The notes beneath the pieces are model-generated. The model was not told the DNA's origin. It was given only the letters and a program-made list of their open reading frames with translations, and made no database searches. A stretch of DNA of 64,000 nucleotides from contig CAVUKG010000021.1 of NCBI GenBank assembly GCA_963742005.1, forward strand, positions 46,598 through 110,597. The letters are read 5' to 3'. A program made the position numbers and the translations under genes. The DNA comes from an uncultured Gammaproteobacteria bacterium (GTDB lineage Bacteria; Pseudomonadota; Gammaproteobacteria; Enterobacterales; Enterobacteriaceae). Every line of letters begins with the position of its first letter. The first letter of the stretch is position 1. Below are positions 1 to 11,720 of the stretch, piece by piece.

Positions 1-491
1 ATATCGGTTTCGGTGCGCACGCGTTTGGCGACCGAGAAGGATTTCTGGAATAAACGTTCGAGCTCGCCCGATACGGCCTGACCGTGTTGAGATTCGGCAA
101 AGGCTTTTTTAACCTGACCGAGGATCTGCGGCTCACCTAACACCAGTGAGTCGAGGCCGCTGGCAACGCGCATCAAATGACTGACTGCGTCGTTATCCTG
201 ATGCCAGTAAAGGCTCTTGTTCACTTCATCGGCGCTGAGGTGATGATAATCACACAGCCACGCCACCACCTGCTCTTGCACATCACCCTTGCCCTTCAAC
301 TGCTCCTGCTGTTCGACACTGAGATACAGCTCGGTACGATTACAGGTAGACAGTACGACGCCGCCCTGCACCAGCGGTTGCTGAAGCAGACTCGAGAGCG
401 CCTGGTCGATGGTATCAGGTGAAAAAGCGACCTTCTCACGCAGAGATATCGGGGCTGTTTTGTGATTAATACCTAATGCAAGTAGGGTCAT
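1..491 (-). CDS. hemA: glutamyl-tRNA reductase, 5' part (runs off the left edge)
   Basis: Minus-strand translation from ATG at 491: [14 protein letters not shown]...VLSTCNRTE...[17 protein letters not shown]; divergent from lolB as usual in Enterobacterales. Confidence 0.97.
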   Translation of the reverse strand, partial: MTLLALGINHKTAPISLREKVAFSPDTIDQALSSLLQQPLVQGGVVLSTCNRTELYLSVEQQEQLKGKGDVQEQVVAWLCDYHHLSADEVNKSLYWHQDNDAVSHLMRVASGLDSLVLGEPQILGQVKKAFAESQHGQAVSGELERLFQKSFSVAKRVRTETD

Positions 492-832
492 AGAAGTGAT
501 AGTCGAAAGAGACTTTTCTTTGTATGGGTTTACGTCTGAGGCGCATTCTACAAGATGCGCGGGATCAATAAAAGCCACACCGCACTATCTGTCCGGTTTT
601 TATTGAAAGCTGTGATTTGTGATTAAAAGCAAGGCACTTGGCAGAGCAGAGTAATGGTCATTTAAGGGAGCCAGGGCGGGGATATCCAGACAAAGCTGAT
701 TACATTTGCCGACTGTCAAAGGCACAGTGATTCACTCACTATCGCGTAATTTTTCAAACTTCAAGACCGCAGCAATATGCTAAACTGCGCTGCAATCTCT
801 GAAGAATACTTAATGAAAGGACCCGATCCGTT

Positions 833-1459
833 ATGCCAATGCATAAGACTACCCTGCTTCGCCTGCTCCCTCTCGCCAGCCTGGTGTTGACCGCCTGTTC
901 GACCTTCTCTCCGACCACCGGTCCGTCAACTAGCCCAACGTCGCCGCAGTGGCGCGCACACGAGCAGCAGGTTAAAAAGCTGGATCACTACCAGACGCGC
1001 GGTTCCTTCGCCTACATTACCGACAAGCAGAAAGTGTATGCACACTTCTTCTGGCAGCAGTTCTCGCCTCAGAGCTATCGCCTGCTGTTGACCAATCCGC
1101 TGGGCAGCACCGAGATGGAGCTGAAAGTGCAGGACGGCAATGCCGAACTGACCAATAACCAGGGTAAACACTACACCAGCAACGATCCCGATGACATGAT
1201 CCAGAAGCTGACCGGTATGTCGATCCCGCTGGAGAATATGCGCGAGTGGATGCTTGGCCTGCCGGGCGACAGCGCAGACTTTAGCCTCGACAGCCAATAT
1301 CGCCTGCGCGAAGTCAACTATAAGCAGAAAGGCCTGAGCGGCAGCGTGACTTACCAGAGTTATGACACCACCGTTCAACCACCGCTGCCGAATCTGCTGC
1401 AAATGACCCAGGGCCAGCAGCGCATCAAACTGAAAATGGACAGCTGGACGCTTAACTAA
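833..1459 (+). CDS. lolB: outer-membrane lipoprotein insertase LolB
   Basis: Lipobox [12 protein letters not shown] and IKLKMDSW motifs; hemA-lolB-ispE synteny. Confidence 0.96.
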   Translation: MPMHKTTLLRLLPLASLVLTACSTFSPTTGPSTSPTSPQWRAHEQQVKKLDHYQTRGSFAYITDKQKVYAHFFWQQFSPQSYRLLLTNPLGSTEMELKVQDGNAELTNNQGKHYTSNDPDDMIQKLTGMSIPLENMREWMLGLPGDSADFSLDSQYRLREVNYKQKGLSGSVTYQSYDTTVQPPLPNLLQMTQGQQRIKLKMDSWTLN

Positions 1460-1460
1460 G

Positions 1461-2321
1461 ATGACGCAATTCTGGCCATCGCCGGCAAAACTCAATTTGT
1501 TTTTATACATCACCGGACAACGCGCCAACGGTTATCACGATCTGCAAACGCTGTTTCAGTTTGTCGATTACGGCGACAGCCTGGCCTTTACGGTGCGCGA
1601 CGACGATAAAATCACCCTGAGCCCGTCGATAGAAGGCGTGCCGGACGAGCAAAATCTAATTGTTCGCGCGGCAAGGCTGTTGCAACAGCGCTTGGCCACG
1701 CCGCGCGGTGCCGACATCCAGTTGGAGAAACGTTTACCGATGGGCGGCGGTCTGGGAGGGGGATCTTCCAACGCGGCAACCACGCTCGTGGCGCTGAATA
1801 CGCTGTGGAACGCTGGCCTCACCGATGACGAGCTCGCCGAATTGGGCGTCAGCCTGGGTGCCGACGTGCCGGTGTTTGTTATGGGCCACGCGGCGTTTGC
1901 CGAAGGAATTGGGGAAGTTTTACAACCGGTTTCTCCACGGGAAAGGTGGTATCTTATTGCCCATCCCGGGGTCAGCATCCCGACCCCGGCCATATTCGGC
2001 GATCCCGAATTAATTCGCGACACGCCAAAACGGCTGATTGATGAGCTATTAAACAGCACTTACCGCAATGATTGTGAACCTATTGCAAGAAAACGTTTTT
2101 GCGAGGTTGAACAGCTTGTTTCATGGCTGCTAGAATACGCGCCGTCGCGCCTCACTGGAACAGGGGCCTGTGTGTTTGCCGAATTCGACACAGAGGAGTC
2201 TGCCAGAGAAGTGCTGAGCCAGGCTCCGGCATGGATTAACGGTTTTGTCGCCCGAGGCGTTAACGTCTCACCGCTGCACACAACCCGTGCCGAGTTAATG
2301 AGAGTCGCAGCCAAAGCGTAG
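1461..2321 (+). CDS. ispE: 4-diphosphocytidyl-2-C-methyl-D-erythritol kinase
   Basis: PAKLNLFL start and GHMP motif [14 protein letters not shown]. Confidence 0.98.
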   Translation: MTQFWPSPAKLNLFLYITGQRANGYHDLQTLFQFVDYGDSLAFTVRDDDKITLSPSIEGVPDEQNLIVRAARLLQQRLATPRGADIQLEKRLPMGGGLGGGSSNAATTLVALNTLWNAGLTDDELAELGVSLGADVPVFVMGHAAFAEGIGEVLQPVSPRERWYLIAHPGVSIPTPAIFGDPELIRDTPKRLIDELLNSTYRNDCEPIARKRFCEVEQLVSWLLEYAPSRLTGTGACVFAEFDTEESAREVLSQAPAWINGFVARGVNVSPLHTTRAELMRVAAKA

Positions 2322-2439
2322 AGAGTCACGGTGTCCCGTTACCGCGTCTGTTCTTTGCCAGCCTCTCAGAATTATTTGATTTAATCTGTAAACCTGACAG
2401 ACTTCAGCATGCGGGACATCGCGCCTGCAAGCTGAATAA

Positions 2440-3486
<1,047 letters not shown>

Positions 3487-3516
3487 TCCCCTGCCCGCGG
3501 GCAGGTGCGATTAACA

Positions 3517-3552
3517 TAAAAGCCCCGGCTAAGTGATTAGCCGGGGCTTTTT
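3517..3552. terminator. bidirectional Rho-independent terminator between prs and ychH
   Basis: aaaagccccggctaa-gtga-ttagccggggctttt hairpin flanked by A/T tracts between convergent genes. Confidence 0.85.
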
Positions 3553-3573
3553 AGATTTTAACGGCCATGAGCC

Positions 3574-3846
3574 TCAGGAATGACGATGCCCCTTGCGGCA
3601 GCGCGGGTCATAACGACGCACCCAGTAATAGCGATCGGCCACCGCTTCTCGACCGCCGACTCTCGCCCCGCTCAGCCACAGTATTGCGCCGACAAAAATT
3701 GCCATGATCGCGGCATGAGTCATGATGTCCGGCAGCCCAAAGTCAGAAACCTGACTCAGCACCGCGTAAACGATACCGCCAATCATCACCATCAGTCCGA
3801 AACCCATCAGCATGTTGCCGCACAACGCCGCATTTTTACGTCTCAT
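3574..3846 (-). CDS. ychH: stress-induced inner-membrane protein YchH
   Basis: MRRKNA..GN.LMG.G start, two TM segments, GARVGG.E.VADRYYWVR motif; synteny with pth. Confidence 0.93.
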   Translation of the reverse strand: MRRKNAALCGNMLMGFGLMVMIGGIVYAVLSQVSDFGLPDIMTHAAIMAIFVGAILWLSGARVGGREAVADRYYWVRRYDPRCRKGHRHS

Positions 3847-3944
3847 ACGTCACCTCCGCTAATCCTTTATCCCGCCCTTAACCTTCGGACGAGGCTGTTA
3901 ACCCTTTTCCTGATTAAATTATAGGCTCCTGCCCCAGCGCGGGT

Positions 3945-3960
3945 TGCGGATGCGATCACA
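3945..3960. promoter_or_regulatory. putative CRP site upstream of ychH
   Basis: TGCGG-N6-TCACA matches 8 of 10 core bases of TGTGA-N6-TCACA; ychH is CRP-activated in E. coli. Confidence 0.45.
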
Positions 3961-4145
3961 GTGTCGAGAGGGAAAATGACAATACTTTACGTTTTTAATG
4001 ATTATCTTAATGAAAGCAATATAGTTATTGCGGGTGACTATTCAATTCACAAGGTGTTACCGGTTTATTTGCCCTGTGGTTTGGCACGGGAGCAAAGCAC
4101 GGGTAAACTAACGGCCAGATAATTTCTTCAAGAAGCGAAAAGAAC

Positions 4146-4736
4146 GTGAGCAGCATAAAATTAATCGTTGGCCTGGCAAATCCCGGAGCCGAATATGCCC
4201 AGACCCGCCACAATGCCGGTGCCTGGTATGTGGATCAATTAGCGCGTCAGCATAACCAACAGTTAAAAGAAGAGAGCAAATTCTTCGGCTACACGGCGCG
4301 TTTGTCTATTAACGGGCAAGACGTTCGCCTGCTGGTGCCGACCACTTTTATGAATCTGAGTGGCAAAGCGGTCAGCGCGATGGCGAACTTCTATCGTATT
4401 GAACCGGCCGAGATCCTGGTCGCTCACGACGAGTTGGATTTCCTGCCCGGCATCGCGAAAATCAAGCTTGGCGGCGGTAATGGCGGCCACAACGGCTTGA
4501 AAGACATCCAAAGCAAGCTCGGCAATAACCCAAACTTTCACCGCTTGCGTATCGGCATTGGTCACCCGGGCGATCGTAATAAAGTAGTGGGATTCGTGCT
4601 TGGCAAGCCACCGGCCAGCGAACAGAAGCTAATCGACGATGCTATCGACGAGTCACTGCGCTGCACCGATATCCTGATGAAAGACGGGATATTAAAAGCG
4701 ATGAACCGTTTGCACAGCTTTAAAGCGGAAAATTAA
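4146..4736 (+). CDS. pth: peptidyl-tRNA hydrolase
   Basis: [21 protein letters not shown] and GGHNGLKDI motifs. Confidence 0.98.
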   Translation: MSSIKLIVGLANPGAEYAQTRHNAGAWYVDQLARQHNQQLKEESKFFGYTARLSINGQDVRLLVPTTFMNLSGKAVSAMANFYRIEPAEILVAHDELDFLPGIAKIKLGGGNGGHNGLKDIQSKLGNNPNFHRLRIGIGHPGDRNKVVGFVLGKPPASEQKLIDDAIDESLRCTDILMKDGILKAMNRLHSFKAEN

Positions 4737-4760
4737 TCCGCTTTACATCACTCCCCTTGC

Positions 4761-5294
4761 TTAGCGAGGGGAGCCCTTCTCTGAATAATCCCGTCCGTTA
4801 ACCGACATGCCCACCGAGGCATTCAATACCTTGAGGCAGCTGGCCTTCTTATCCTGCAAATTAGTGGTGGTTAAACGCTGCAACCCTTCACGCGTCTTTT
4901 GGATATAGTCATCGGATTTAGGCACGCTAATATCGCTAAAAGGCGAAGCGCAGACTTTGTTAATCGACAATACCGGGCTGCTGTTGTCGAGTATTTGCAG
5001 CACTGCCTCCGGATTATGCTCCAGCCCCCAGGCCAGGCTCACGGTCAAACCCTCGGCATACTCGCCCTGGGTGCGTTTAGCAAACGCCGGCACTTCATTA
5101 ACCCAACTGAGTTTGCCTTTTTTAAGATGCTGAATAAACGCATCGTAGTCCACCGCCGACAGGCTGTTAACGGGAGCGGTTGGCGCCGAGGCGGCCTCGA
5201 TGCGTGCTTTGAGATCGCGGTCTTTTGCCTGAGCACAGTTTAAAGACGTGGCGGCTAGGCAAAACACCAGCGTGGACAATAAGGCCTTTTTCAT
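4761..5294 (-). CDS. secreted hypothetical protein
   Basis: 177-aa ORF with an N-terminal signal peptide (MKKALLSTLVFCLAA..AQA) and two Cys in the mature part; no recognised catalytic motif. Confidence 0.75.
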   Translation of the reverse strand: MKKALLSTLVFCLAATSLNCAQAKDRDLKARIEAASAPTAPVNSLSAVDYDAFIQHLKKGKLSWVNEVPAFAKRTQGEYAEGLTVSLAWGLEHNPEAVLQILDNSSPVLSINKVCASPFSDISVPKSDDYIQKTREGLQRLTTTNLQDKKASCLKVLNASVGMSVNGRDYSEKGSPR

Positions 5295-5472
5295 CGAGTC
5301 ACTCTACTTAACAATAGTTGTTTGATAGTAAAGCCTATCAAGCTTTTGTGTTTGAAAAAAGATGCGCATCGAGTTAAGTCGGCAAAATGTGTATAATAAG
5401 CGGAATTATGGTCATTACATCAGGCTTGTTACTTTAACCGCCTGATTATTAAGATATTAAGGTGATATAAAC

Positions 5473-6564
5473 ATGGGATTCAAATGCGGTATCGTCGGCC
5501 TGCCGAACGTCGGTAAATCAACTCTTTTCAATGCGCTGACCAAAGCAGGCATCGAAGCGGCCAATTTCCCGTTCTGTACTATCGAGCCGAATACCGGTGT
5601 TGTACCTATGCCTGACCCACGCCTCGACAAACTGTCCGAGATCGTCAAGCCTCAGCGCGTCGTTCCAACCACCATGGAATTCGTTGATATCGCCGGTCTG
5701 GTAAAAGGCGCGTCTAAGGGTGAAGGCCTGGGTAACCAGTTCCTGACCAACATCCGTGAAACCGAAGCCATCGGCCACGTCGTACGCTGTTTTGAAAACG
5801 ACAACATTATCCACGTTAATAACAAAGTTGATCCGGCCGATGATATCGACGTGATCAACACCGAGCTGGCGCTGTCTGACCTTGAGACCTGCGAGCGCGC
5901 TATCCACCGCGTGCAGAAGAAAGCCAAAGGCGGCGATAAAGACGCTAAGGCCGAACTGGCGGCGTTGGAAAAATGCCTGCCACAGCTTGAGCAAGCCGGA
6001 ATGCTGCGTGCGCTGGACCTGACTGATGAAGACAAGGCGGCGATCCGCTACCTGAGCTTCCTGACGTTGAAGCCAACCATGTACATCGCCAACGTTAACG
6101 AAGACGGCTATGAAAATAACCCGTACCTCGATAAAGTTCGCGCTATTGCTGATGCCGAAGGTTCTGTGGTGGTTGCCGTTTGCGCCGCGGTTGAGTCTGA
6201 CATCGCCGAGTTGGAAGACGAAGACCGCGCCGAGTTTATGGCCGAGCTGGGTCTGGAAGAGCCGGGCCTGAACCGCGTGATCCGCGCCGGTTACGAGCTG
6301 CTGAGCCTGCAAACCTACTTCACCGCCGGGGTAAAAGAAGTGCGTGCCTGGACAATCCCGGTTGGCGCAACCGCGCCACAGGCGGCCGGTAAGATCCACA
6401 CCGACTTCGAGAAAGGCTTTATCCGCGCCCAGACCATTGGTTTCGACGACTTTGTTGCCTACAAGGGCGAACAAGGGGCTAAAGAAGCCGGTAAGATGCG
6501 TTCAGAAGGTAAAGACTACGTCGTTAAAGACGGTGACGTGATGAACTTCTTGTTCAACGTCTAA
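5473..6564 (+). CDS. ychF: redox-regulated ribosome-binding ATPase YchF
   Basis: [22 protein letters not shown] and DIAGLV motifs, TGS C-terminus ending FLFNV; 363 aa. Confidence 0.99.
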   Translation: MGFKCGIVGLPNVGKSTLFNALTKAGIEAANFPFCTIEPNTGVVPMPDPRLDKLSEIVKPQRVVPTTMEFVDIAGLVKGASKGEGLGNQFLTNIRETEAIGHVVRCFENDNIIHVNNKVDPADDIDVINTELALSDLETCERAIHRVQKKAKGGDKDAKAELAALEKCLPQLEQAGMLRALDLTDEDKAAIRYLSFLTLKPTMYIANVNEDGYENNPYLDKVRAIADAEGSVVVAVCAAVESDIAELEDEDRAEFMAELGLEEPGLNRVIRAGYELLSLQTYFTAGVKEVRAWTIPVGATAPQAAGKIHTDFEKGFIRAQTIGFDDFVAYKGEQGAKEAGKMRSEGKDYVVKDGDVMNFLFNV

Positions 6565-6709
6565 ATCTGTTTGTGGGTCTGGTGAGGTTTAATTAAATCT
6601 CATGAAGGCTAGTTACTCTATAAGATCCACGCCATTGCGTGGATTTTTTATTTTGGAGTGTCACTATCCTACCTTTAGTACTTCAGACTTTTTGAGACCC
6701 TCGGATTTT
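6552..6709 (+). repeat. left copy (attL-like) of the 158-bp direct repeat bounding the defence island
   Basis: gttcaacgtctaa...tcggatttt recurs at 24957-25114 with 6 mismatches by manual comparison; includes the last 13 nt of ychF. Confidence 0.92.
6623..6654 (+). terminator. Rho-independent terminator of ychF (second copy at about 25028-25059)
   Basis: atccacgc-catt-gcgtggat followed by tttttatttt. Confidence 0.8.
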
Positions 6710-6810
6710 GATCTCCTCCCAATATCCGTACCAGGCTAAATCAGAGATCCGGACCTTTTGATCTTCCCCCAATATCCGTACCAGGCTAAATCAGAGATCC
6801 AGACCTTTTG
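6706..6810 (+). repeat. two tandem copies (50-bp period) of an IS3-family right end
   Basis: tgatctcctcccaatatccgtaccaggctaaatcagagatccggaccttt / tgatcttcccccaatatccgtaccaggctaaatcagagatccagaccttt. Confidence 0.85.
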
Positions 6811-7630
6811 GATGACTTCGGACAAATTCTGCCGGAGTCAGGTTATTCAGGGATTCATGAGGCCGCTCACTGTTGTATTCATTCAGCCAGCGCTCCGTTA
6901 TTTCCCGTACTTCATTCAGCGTTTTGAACAAATAAAAATCCAGGATTTTGGTCCGGTACGTTCGGTTAAACCGTTCTATAAACGCGTTCTGTGTTGGCTT
7001 ACCCGGCTTGATAAATTCCAGCATCACGCCATGCTCTTCGGCCCATTGCGCCAGAGCCAGTGATATCAGTTCCGGTCCGTTATCCATCCGTATCTTCAGC
7101 GGATATCCACGGTTTGCCGCTATCCTGTCCAGCACCCGGACGATACGCTGCGCGGGGATATTCAGGTCAATTTCGATGGCCAGAGCCTCACGGTTAAAAT
7201 CATCAACGACATTGAAAGTTCGAAAACGTCGGCCACATGTCAGCGCGTCGTGCATAAAATCAATCGACCCGCTTTGGTTGAGTGCTTCCGGCGTTGCCAG
7301 CGGAGCCGGATTACGCACCGGCAGGCGTTGCTTACCCTTATGACGAAAATTCAGCTTTAACAGACAGTAAATCCGGTGGACACGCTTGTGGTTCCAGACG
7401 TGACCCTGCCTACGAAGCACCTGAAAAAGTTTCTTAAATCCGTAGCGGGGGTAACGTTCAGCCGCCTAAGTCAACCTCTGGATCACCGCCTCCTCACGTC
7501 GCGTATCCAGTTGATAAAGATACACCGTCCTGCTCAGCGATAACGTCCTGCATGCCTGGCGTATGCTCATCGCAAATTGCGCTGTAAGATAGCTGACGAG
7601 CTCACGCTTTATCGCGGGTTTTAAAGCTTT
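6791..7630 (-). pseudogene. IS3-family transposase OrfB (DDE) interrupted by a nonsense codon
   Basis: In-frame TAG at 7466-7468 (..QRLT*AAERYPRYGF..); DDE segments IDFMHD, DNGPE and NAFIERFNRTYR present. Confidence 0.88.
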
Positions 7631-7887
7631 TTTTCGATGACGTCTTTCAGTGCCCTGCATTCCAGACTCAGATCGGCTAACATCTGTTTCAGACGACGAT
7701 TCTCGTCTTCAAGATCTTTGATCTTTTTGATATCAGCGGCTTCCATCCCGCCATATTTCGCCTTCCCGTTGTAGTAGCTGGCTTCGGAAATAGCGGCCTC
7801 GCGACACACATCTTTGACGGTCCTGCCCGCTTCGACTGATTCCAGTACGGCGATGATCTGGTGCTCGGTGAATCGGATCTTACGCAT
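7621..7887 (-). CDS. IS3-family transposase OrfA (HTH)
   Basis: MRKIRFTEHQII...VCRE..ISEASYY..KAKYGGME...LEDENRRLK. Confidence 0.88.
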   Translation of the reverse strand: MRKIRFTEHQIIAVLESVEAGRTVKDVCREAAISEASYYNGKAKYGGMEAADIKKIKDLEDENRRLKQMLADLSLECRALKDVIEKKL

Positions 7888-7966
7888 AGCGATCTCCTCA
7901 GATGACATAATCAGTATGTCGGAAGATCTCTAAAAGTGAATGGTCCGTTTTGGTGGGATACTTACA

Positions 7967-8196
7967 ATATCTCCCGTAAGGAGATAGAAAAGTCATTTAA
8001 ACTGGATGCGGACGTATCAATTTCCGTAAACAACGTCAGAACACTGAGTCATGACTCAAAGTTAGATGTTTATCAGTGTGCGGCTGATCTGAGATTCACT
8101 AAGCCGGATTTAAAGCAAGACATTCCCATCACTTATCGAATTCAAAAGACTGATGAAGGGAAAGGCCAATTTTACATTAACGTGTATGGCTTGTAG
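7967..8196 (+). pseudogene. 3' remnant of a hypothetical gene truncated by the IS
   Basis: Frame stays open from the IS boundary to the stop at 8196 (..YQCAADL..ITYRIQKTDEGKGQFYINVYGL); the ORF-track start lies inside the IS end. Confidence 0.5.
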
Positions 8197-8316
8197 GTCC
8201 ACCCTCATTATTCTTTTCAATGCATACCTTCATGGAATTGGCGCTTCACTATATCAAGAATGCACCCGGAAATTTCGGGTGCAGTATTAAATCATTAAAA
8301 TTCACCCTGAAGGGCT

Positions 8317-8580
8317 TCATTCATCAGTAAAATCAAATTTGGGTTTACAAAGCACTTCGTTTGCAAGATAAGGACCGCTTTTATGCCGCCGTTCGACTTC
8401 AGATATTAAGTGTAATTTTTTCTTGGCTCTTGAACATAATACGTACAACAGCCTCTTAGACTGCAACTCATCCTCGTCAAATCGTAGTAAAATGCCCTGC
8501 AACAGTCCAAAAGCAATGACACAATCAAACTCTAACCCCTTGGCTGAATGAACAGTTGTAACTGTTACACCCGTGGCGAT
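8317..8580 (-). pseudogene. C-terminal remnant of a UvrD-like superfamily 1 helicase (GajB-like)
   Basis: TVHSAKGLEFDCVIAFGL (motif V) and RLLYVLCSRAKKKLHLISE (motif VI); no N-terminal part, directly after the hsdR stop. Confidence 0.75.
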
Positions 8581-8588
8581 TCACGTCG

Positions 8589-11500
8589 CTATGACGTCCA
8601 ACTGTTCGACACCACTTCCGCCTGCTTCAGGATCAGCTCTACCGCCCCCGCGGTTTTATCCGGTGGATATTTGTATTTACGCAGCGTCTGGCGCACCAGA
8701 ATACGAAGTCGCGCACGCACGCTTTCACGTACCTGCCAGTCAACGGTGGTGGATTTACGCAGCTGTCGCGTGACCTCAATAGCCAGCTTTCTTAGCGTTT
8801 CATCACCCAGTTCACGCACCGCACTTTCGTTTTCTGCCAAGGCATCGTAGAAAGCGATTTCATCCGGGTTTAAGCCCAGCGCATCATCGCGCGCCATCGC
8901 TTCCTGGAACGCTTTCGCCATCTGAATCAGCTCTTCAATCACCTGCGCGGTTTCAATCGCCCGGTTATTGTATTTCAGCAGCACGGCTTTCAGGCGGTCG
9001 GAGTATTTCTTCTGCTGCACGACGTTGTTTCCGGAGCGAGCATGGATACCGTCATTCAACAGTTTTTCCAGCAGTTCCACCGCCAGGTTACGCTGCGGCA
9101 TCTCCCGTACTTCTTCCAGGAATTCATCCGAAAGTAGCCCGATATTGGGTTTATCCAACCCGGCCAGGGCAAACACATCCTCCACGCCAGTCGCGACAAC
9201 GGCGTTATCGAGAATTTTGCTTAACAGTGAGTTTTTCTCTGACTGGCTGAATTTTGCCTTTGGATCAAGTTTGATTAACCCAACCCTGACCGCCGACAGG
9301 AACGCGAACTCCTCCTGTAAAGGCTTCGCCTCATCCAAGGTGTTACACAATGACCAGGCTTTACTCATCGCCAGCGAGACGTCGAGGTAGCGTTTTTTAC
9401 CGTCATCCAGACCAAGGATATAGTTCACGGCATCCCGCAGATAAGCCAATGGATCACGGGAGAATCCAGCGTAATCTAATCCGGGTTTACCCGCTGAAGG
9501 CGCAAACATCCCATGAATAATGTCGATTTTTTCCAACAGTACGGCAAAGGCTTCCCGGGCATCGACCGTGGTCTGCCCTTTTCCTTTCGAGTCGGTATAG
9601 GTCTTTAGCGCCTGCTTCAGTTCGTTCGCTATGCCAATGTAATCCACCACTAGCCCGCCAGGCTTATCCCGGAACACGCGGTTAACACGTGCGATGGCCT
9701 GCATCAGGTTATGTCCACGCATCGGCTTGTCGATATACATGGTATGGCAGCATGGCGCATCAAAACCGGTTAACCACATATCGCGGACAATCACCAGCTT
9801 CAGCGGATCGTTCAAATCCTTAAAACGCGCTTCAAGACGCTTTTTAGTCTGTTTGTTATAGATATGCGTCTGGAGTTGGTCTTTATCTGATGCCGAGCCG
9901 GTCATAATGACTTTGATAGCCCCTTGTTCAACATCCGTGCTGTGCCAGTCCGGACGGATCTCTACGATGGCGTTATAGAGCTTTACGCAAATATCACGGC
10001 TCATAGCGACAATCATCGCTTTGCCGTTCATGGCCGCATTGCGCGTTTCAAAATGTTGAACCAGATCCGCGGCAACCTGTTTGATGCGAGGCTCTGACCC
10101 TACCAGCTTTTCCAGACGGCTCCAGTCACCTTTGGTTTTCTCTTGCTGGCCCGTCTCTTCATCTTCCACCAGCTCATCCACTTGGTCGGAGAGCGTTTCC
10201 AGCTCCTCATGATTCAGGTCGAGTTTTGCCAGTCGGGATTCGTAGTAAATCGGCACGGTTGCACCGTCATCCACCGCGTCCTGAATGTCGTAGATAGAGA
10301 CGTAATCACCGAATACAGCACGGGTATCTTTATCTTCAGACGCAATCGGCGTCCCGGTAAAGCCCATAAACGACGCATTCGGCAGCGCATCGCGCATGTG
10401 TTTGGCGTAACCATATTTATAGACGCCTGTTTCACGGTCCAGCGTGGCGCTCAGACCGTACTGGCTGCGGTGGGCTTCATCGGAAATCACCACGATGTTG
10501 CTGCGTGAGTTAAGTGCCGGGTGGCTCTGTTCATTGTCCAGCGGCGCAAACTTTTGCACGGTGGTAAAGATAATGCCGCCGGATTCACGGGCATTGAGTA
10601 GCTCACGCAATTCGTCCCGGTCATTAGCCTGCAAAGGTGTTTGCTTCAACAAATCCTGCGCCTGGCAGAAAGTGGCGAAGAGCTGCCCGTCGAGATCGTT
10701 ACGATCAGTCACTACCACTATGGTCGGGTTGTTCATCTCTGCCTGTTGTAGCAGCTTCCCGGCGTAGCAGCACATGGAGATACTTTTGCCGGAGCCCTGG
10801 GTATGCCATACCACGCCCGCTTTTTTACTGCCTGGAGTAATGTTGCTGCGCAGCGGCAGGTGTTTGCCGGTAGACGCCACAATCGTTGCCGTGACGGCTT
10901 CACGCACGGCGTGGAACTGATGATAGGCGGCAATCTTTTTGATCAGTCGTTTGCCGTCATACTCAAACAGGACAAAGTAACGGATGTAATCAAGCAGAAG
11001 TTCGCGGTTAAAGAAGCCCTGCACCACGGTTTTGAGCTGCCAGTCAAACTGCGGTTTATCATCTTCGTTAGATACAGTTTTCCACGGCAGAAAACGCTCT
11101 TCGTCAGCAGTCAACGAGCCAATACGGGCATTTTGCCCGTCGCTCACCAACAGCGCTTCGTTGCAGATAAACAGGTCGCTGAGTTCGTTTTTATAGGTTT
11201 GCAGCTGGTTAAAGGCGGCCCAGATATCGGCATTGGCATCAATCGGGCTTTTCAGCTCAATCACCGCCACCGGCAGGCCGTTGATATAACCAATCACATC
11301 AGGGCGACGCACCTGCTTTATCCCCTGAATGGCAACCTGATTCACCACCATAAAGCGGTTGCTGGCTGTGCGGTTAAAATCCATCAACAATGCTTTGTCG
11401 TGGATAACCTTTTCATCACGTTTGTAGTCTACGGGTACGCCGTCAAGCAGCAGATGATGAAATGCTTTATTGCTGACGACCAGATCGGGGCTTTCGGCAC

Positions 11501-11720
11501 GGGTGATACGCAGTATCACCTCCTCCAGCACGGAAACAGGAAGATGGGGATTAATGGTTTGCAACTGCTCCAGCATTACCGGGCGCAGAAACACATCATG
11601 AAATGAGGCACGCAGCGGGTTTTCACCATCCGGCGCGATATCTGGCCCGTGCAGCACTTCCCAGCCCTGTTCAGCAAACCATTGCAGGCATTGCTGTTCT
11701 AAATCGTCTTCACTCAGCAT
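8589..11720 (-). CDS. hsdR: type I restriction endonuclease subunit R
   Basis: RPD..IELK nuclease motif, WHTQGSGKS Walker [14 protein letters not shown] and MQAIARVNR motifs. Confidence 0.97.
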   Translation of the reverse strand: MLSEDDLEQQCLQWFAEQGWEVLHGPDIAPDGENPLRASFHDVFLRPVMLEQLQTINPHLPVSVLEEVILRITRAESPDLVVSNKAFHHLLLDGVPVDYKRDEKVIHDKALLMDFNRTASNRFMVVNQVAIQGIKQVRRPDVIGYINGLPVAVIELKSPIDANADIWAAFNQLQTYKNELSDLFICNEALLVSDGQNARIGSLTADEERFLPWKTVSNEDDKPQFDWQLKTVVQGFFNRELLLDYIRYFVLFEYDGKRLIKKIAAYHQFHAVREAVTATIVASTGKHLPLRSNITPGSKKAGVVWHTQGSGKSISMCCYAGKLLQQAEMNNPTIVVVTDRNDLDGQLFATFCQAQDLLKQTPLQANDRDELRELLNARESGGIIFTTVQKFAPLDNEQSHPALNSRSNIVVISDEAHRSQYGLSATLDRETGVYKYGYAKHMRDALPNASFMGFTGTPIASEDKDTRAVFGDYVSIYDIQDAVDDGATVPIYYESRLAKLDLNHEELETLSDQVDELVEDEETGQQEKTKGDWSRLEKLVGSEPRIKQVAADLVQHFETRNAAMNGKAMIVAMSRDICVKLYNAIVEIRPDWHSTDVEQGAIKVIMTGSASDKDQLQTHIYNKQTKKRLEARFKDLNDPLKLVIVRDMWLTGFDAPCCHTMYIDKPMRGHNLMQAIARVNRVFRDKPGGLVVDYIGIANELKQALKTYTDSKGKGQTTVDAREAFAVLLEKIDIIHGMFAPSAGKPGLDYAGFSRDPLAYLRDAVNYILGLDDGKKRYLDVSLAMSKAWSLCNTLDEAKPLQEEFAFLSAVRVGLIKLDPKAKFSQSEKNSLLSKILDNAVVATGVEDVFALAGLDKPNIGLLSDEFLEEVREMPQRNLAVELLEKLLNDGIHARSGNNVVQQKKYSDRLKAVLLKYNNRAIETAQVIEELIQMAKAFQEAMARDDALGLNPDEIAFYDALAENESAVRELGDETLRKLAIEVTRQLRKSTTVDWQVRESVRARLRILVRQTLRKYKYPPDKTAGAVELILKQAEVVSNSWTS

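Larger units (their letters stand above)
6759..7966 (-). mobile_element. IS3-family (IS407/IS1400-like) insertion sequence, degenerate
   Basis: TG...CA termini, ~1.2 kb, orfA plus orfB with an A7G -1 frameshift motif at the end of orfA. Confidence 0.9.

Noticed and set aside
177-422. 81-aa plus-strand ORF
   Set aside because: Antisense shadow of hemA
5518-6474. 318-aa minus-strand ORF
   Set aside because: Antisense shadow of ychF with no independent motifs
6706-6810. Possible mini CRISPR array
   Set aside because: Two contiguous copies with no unique spacer and no cas genes; the sequence is an IS end
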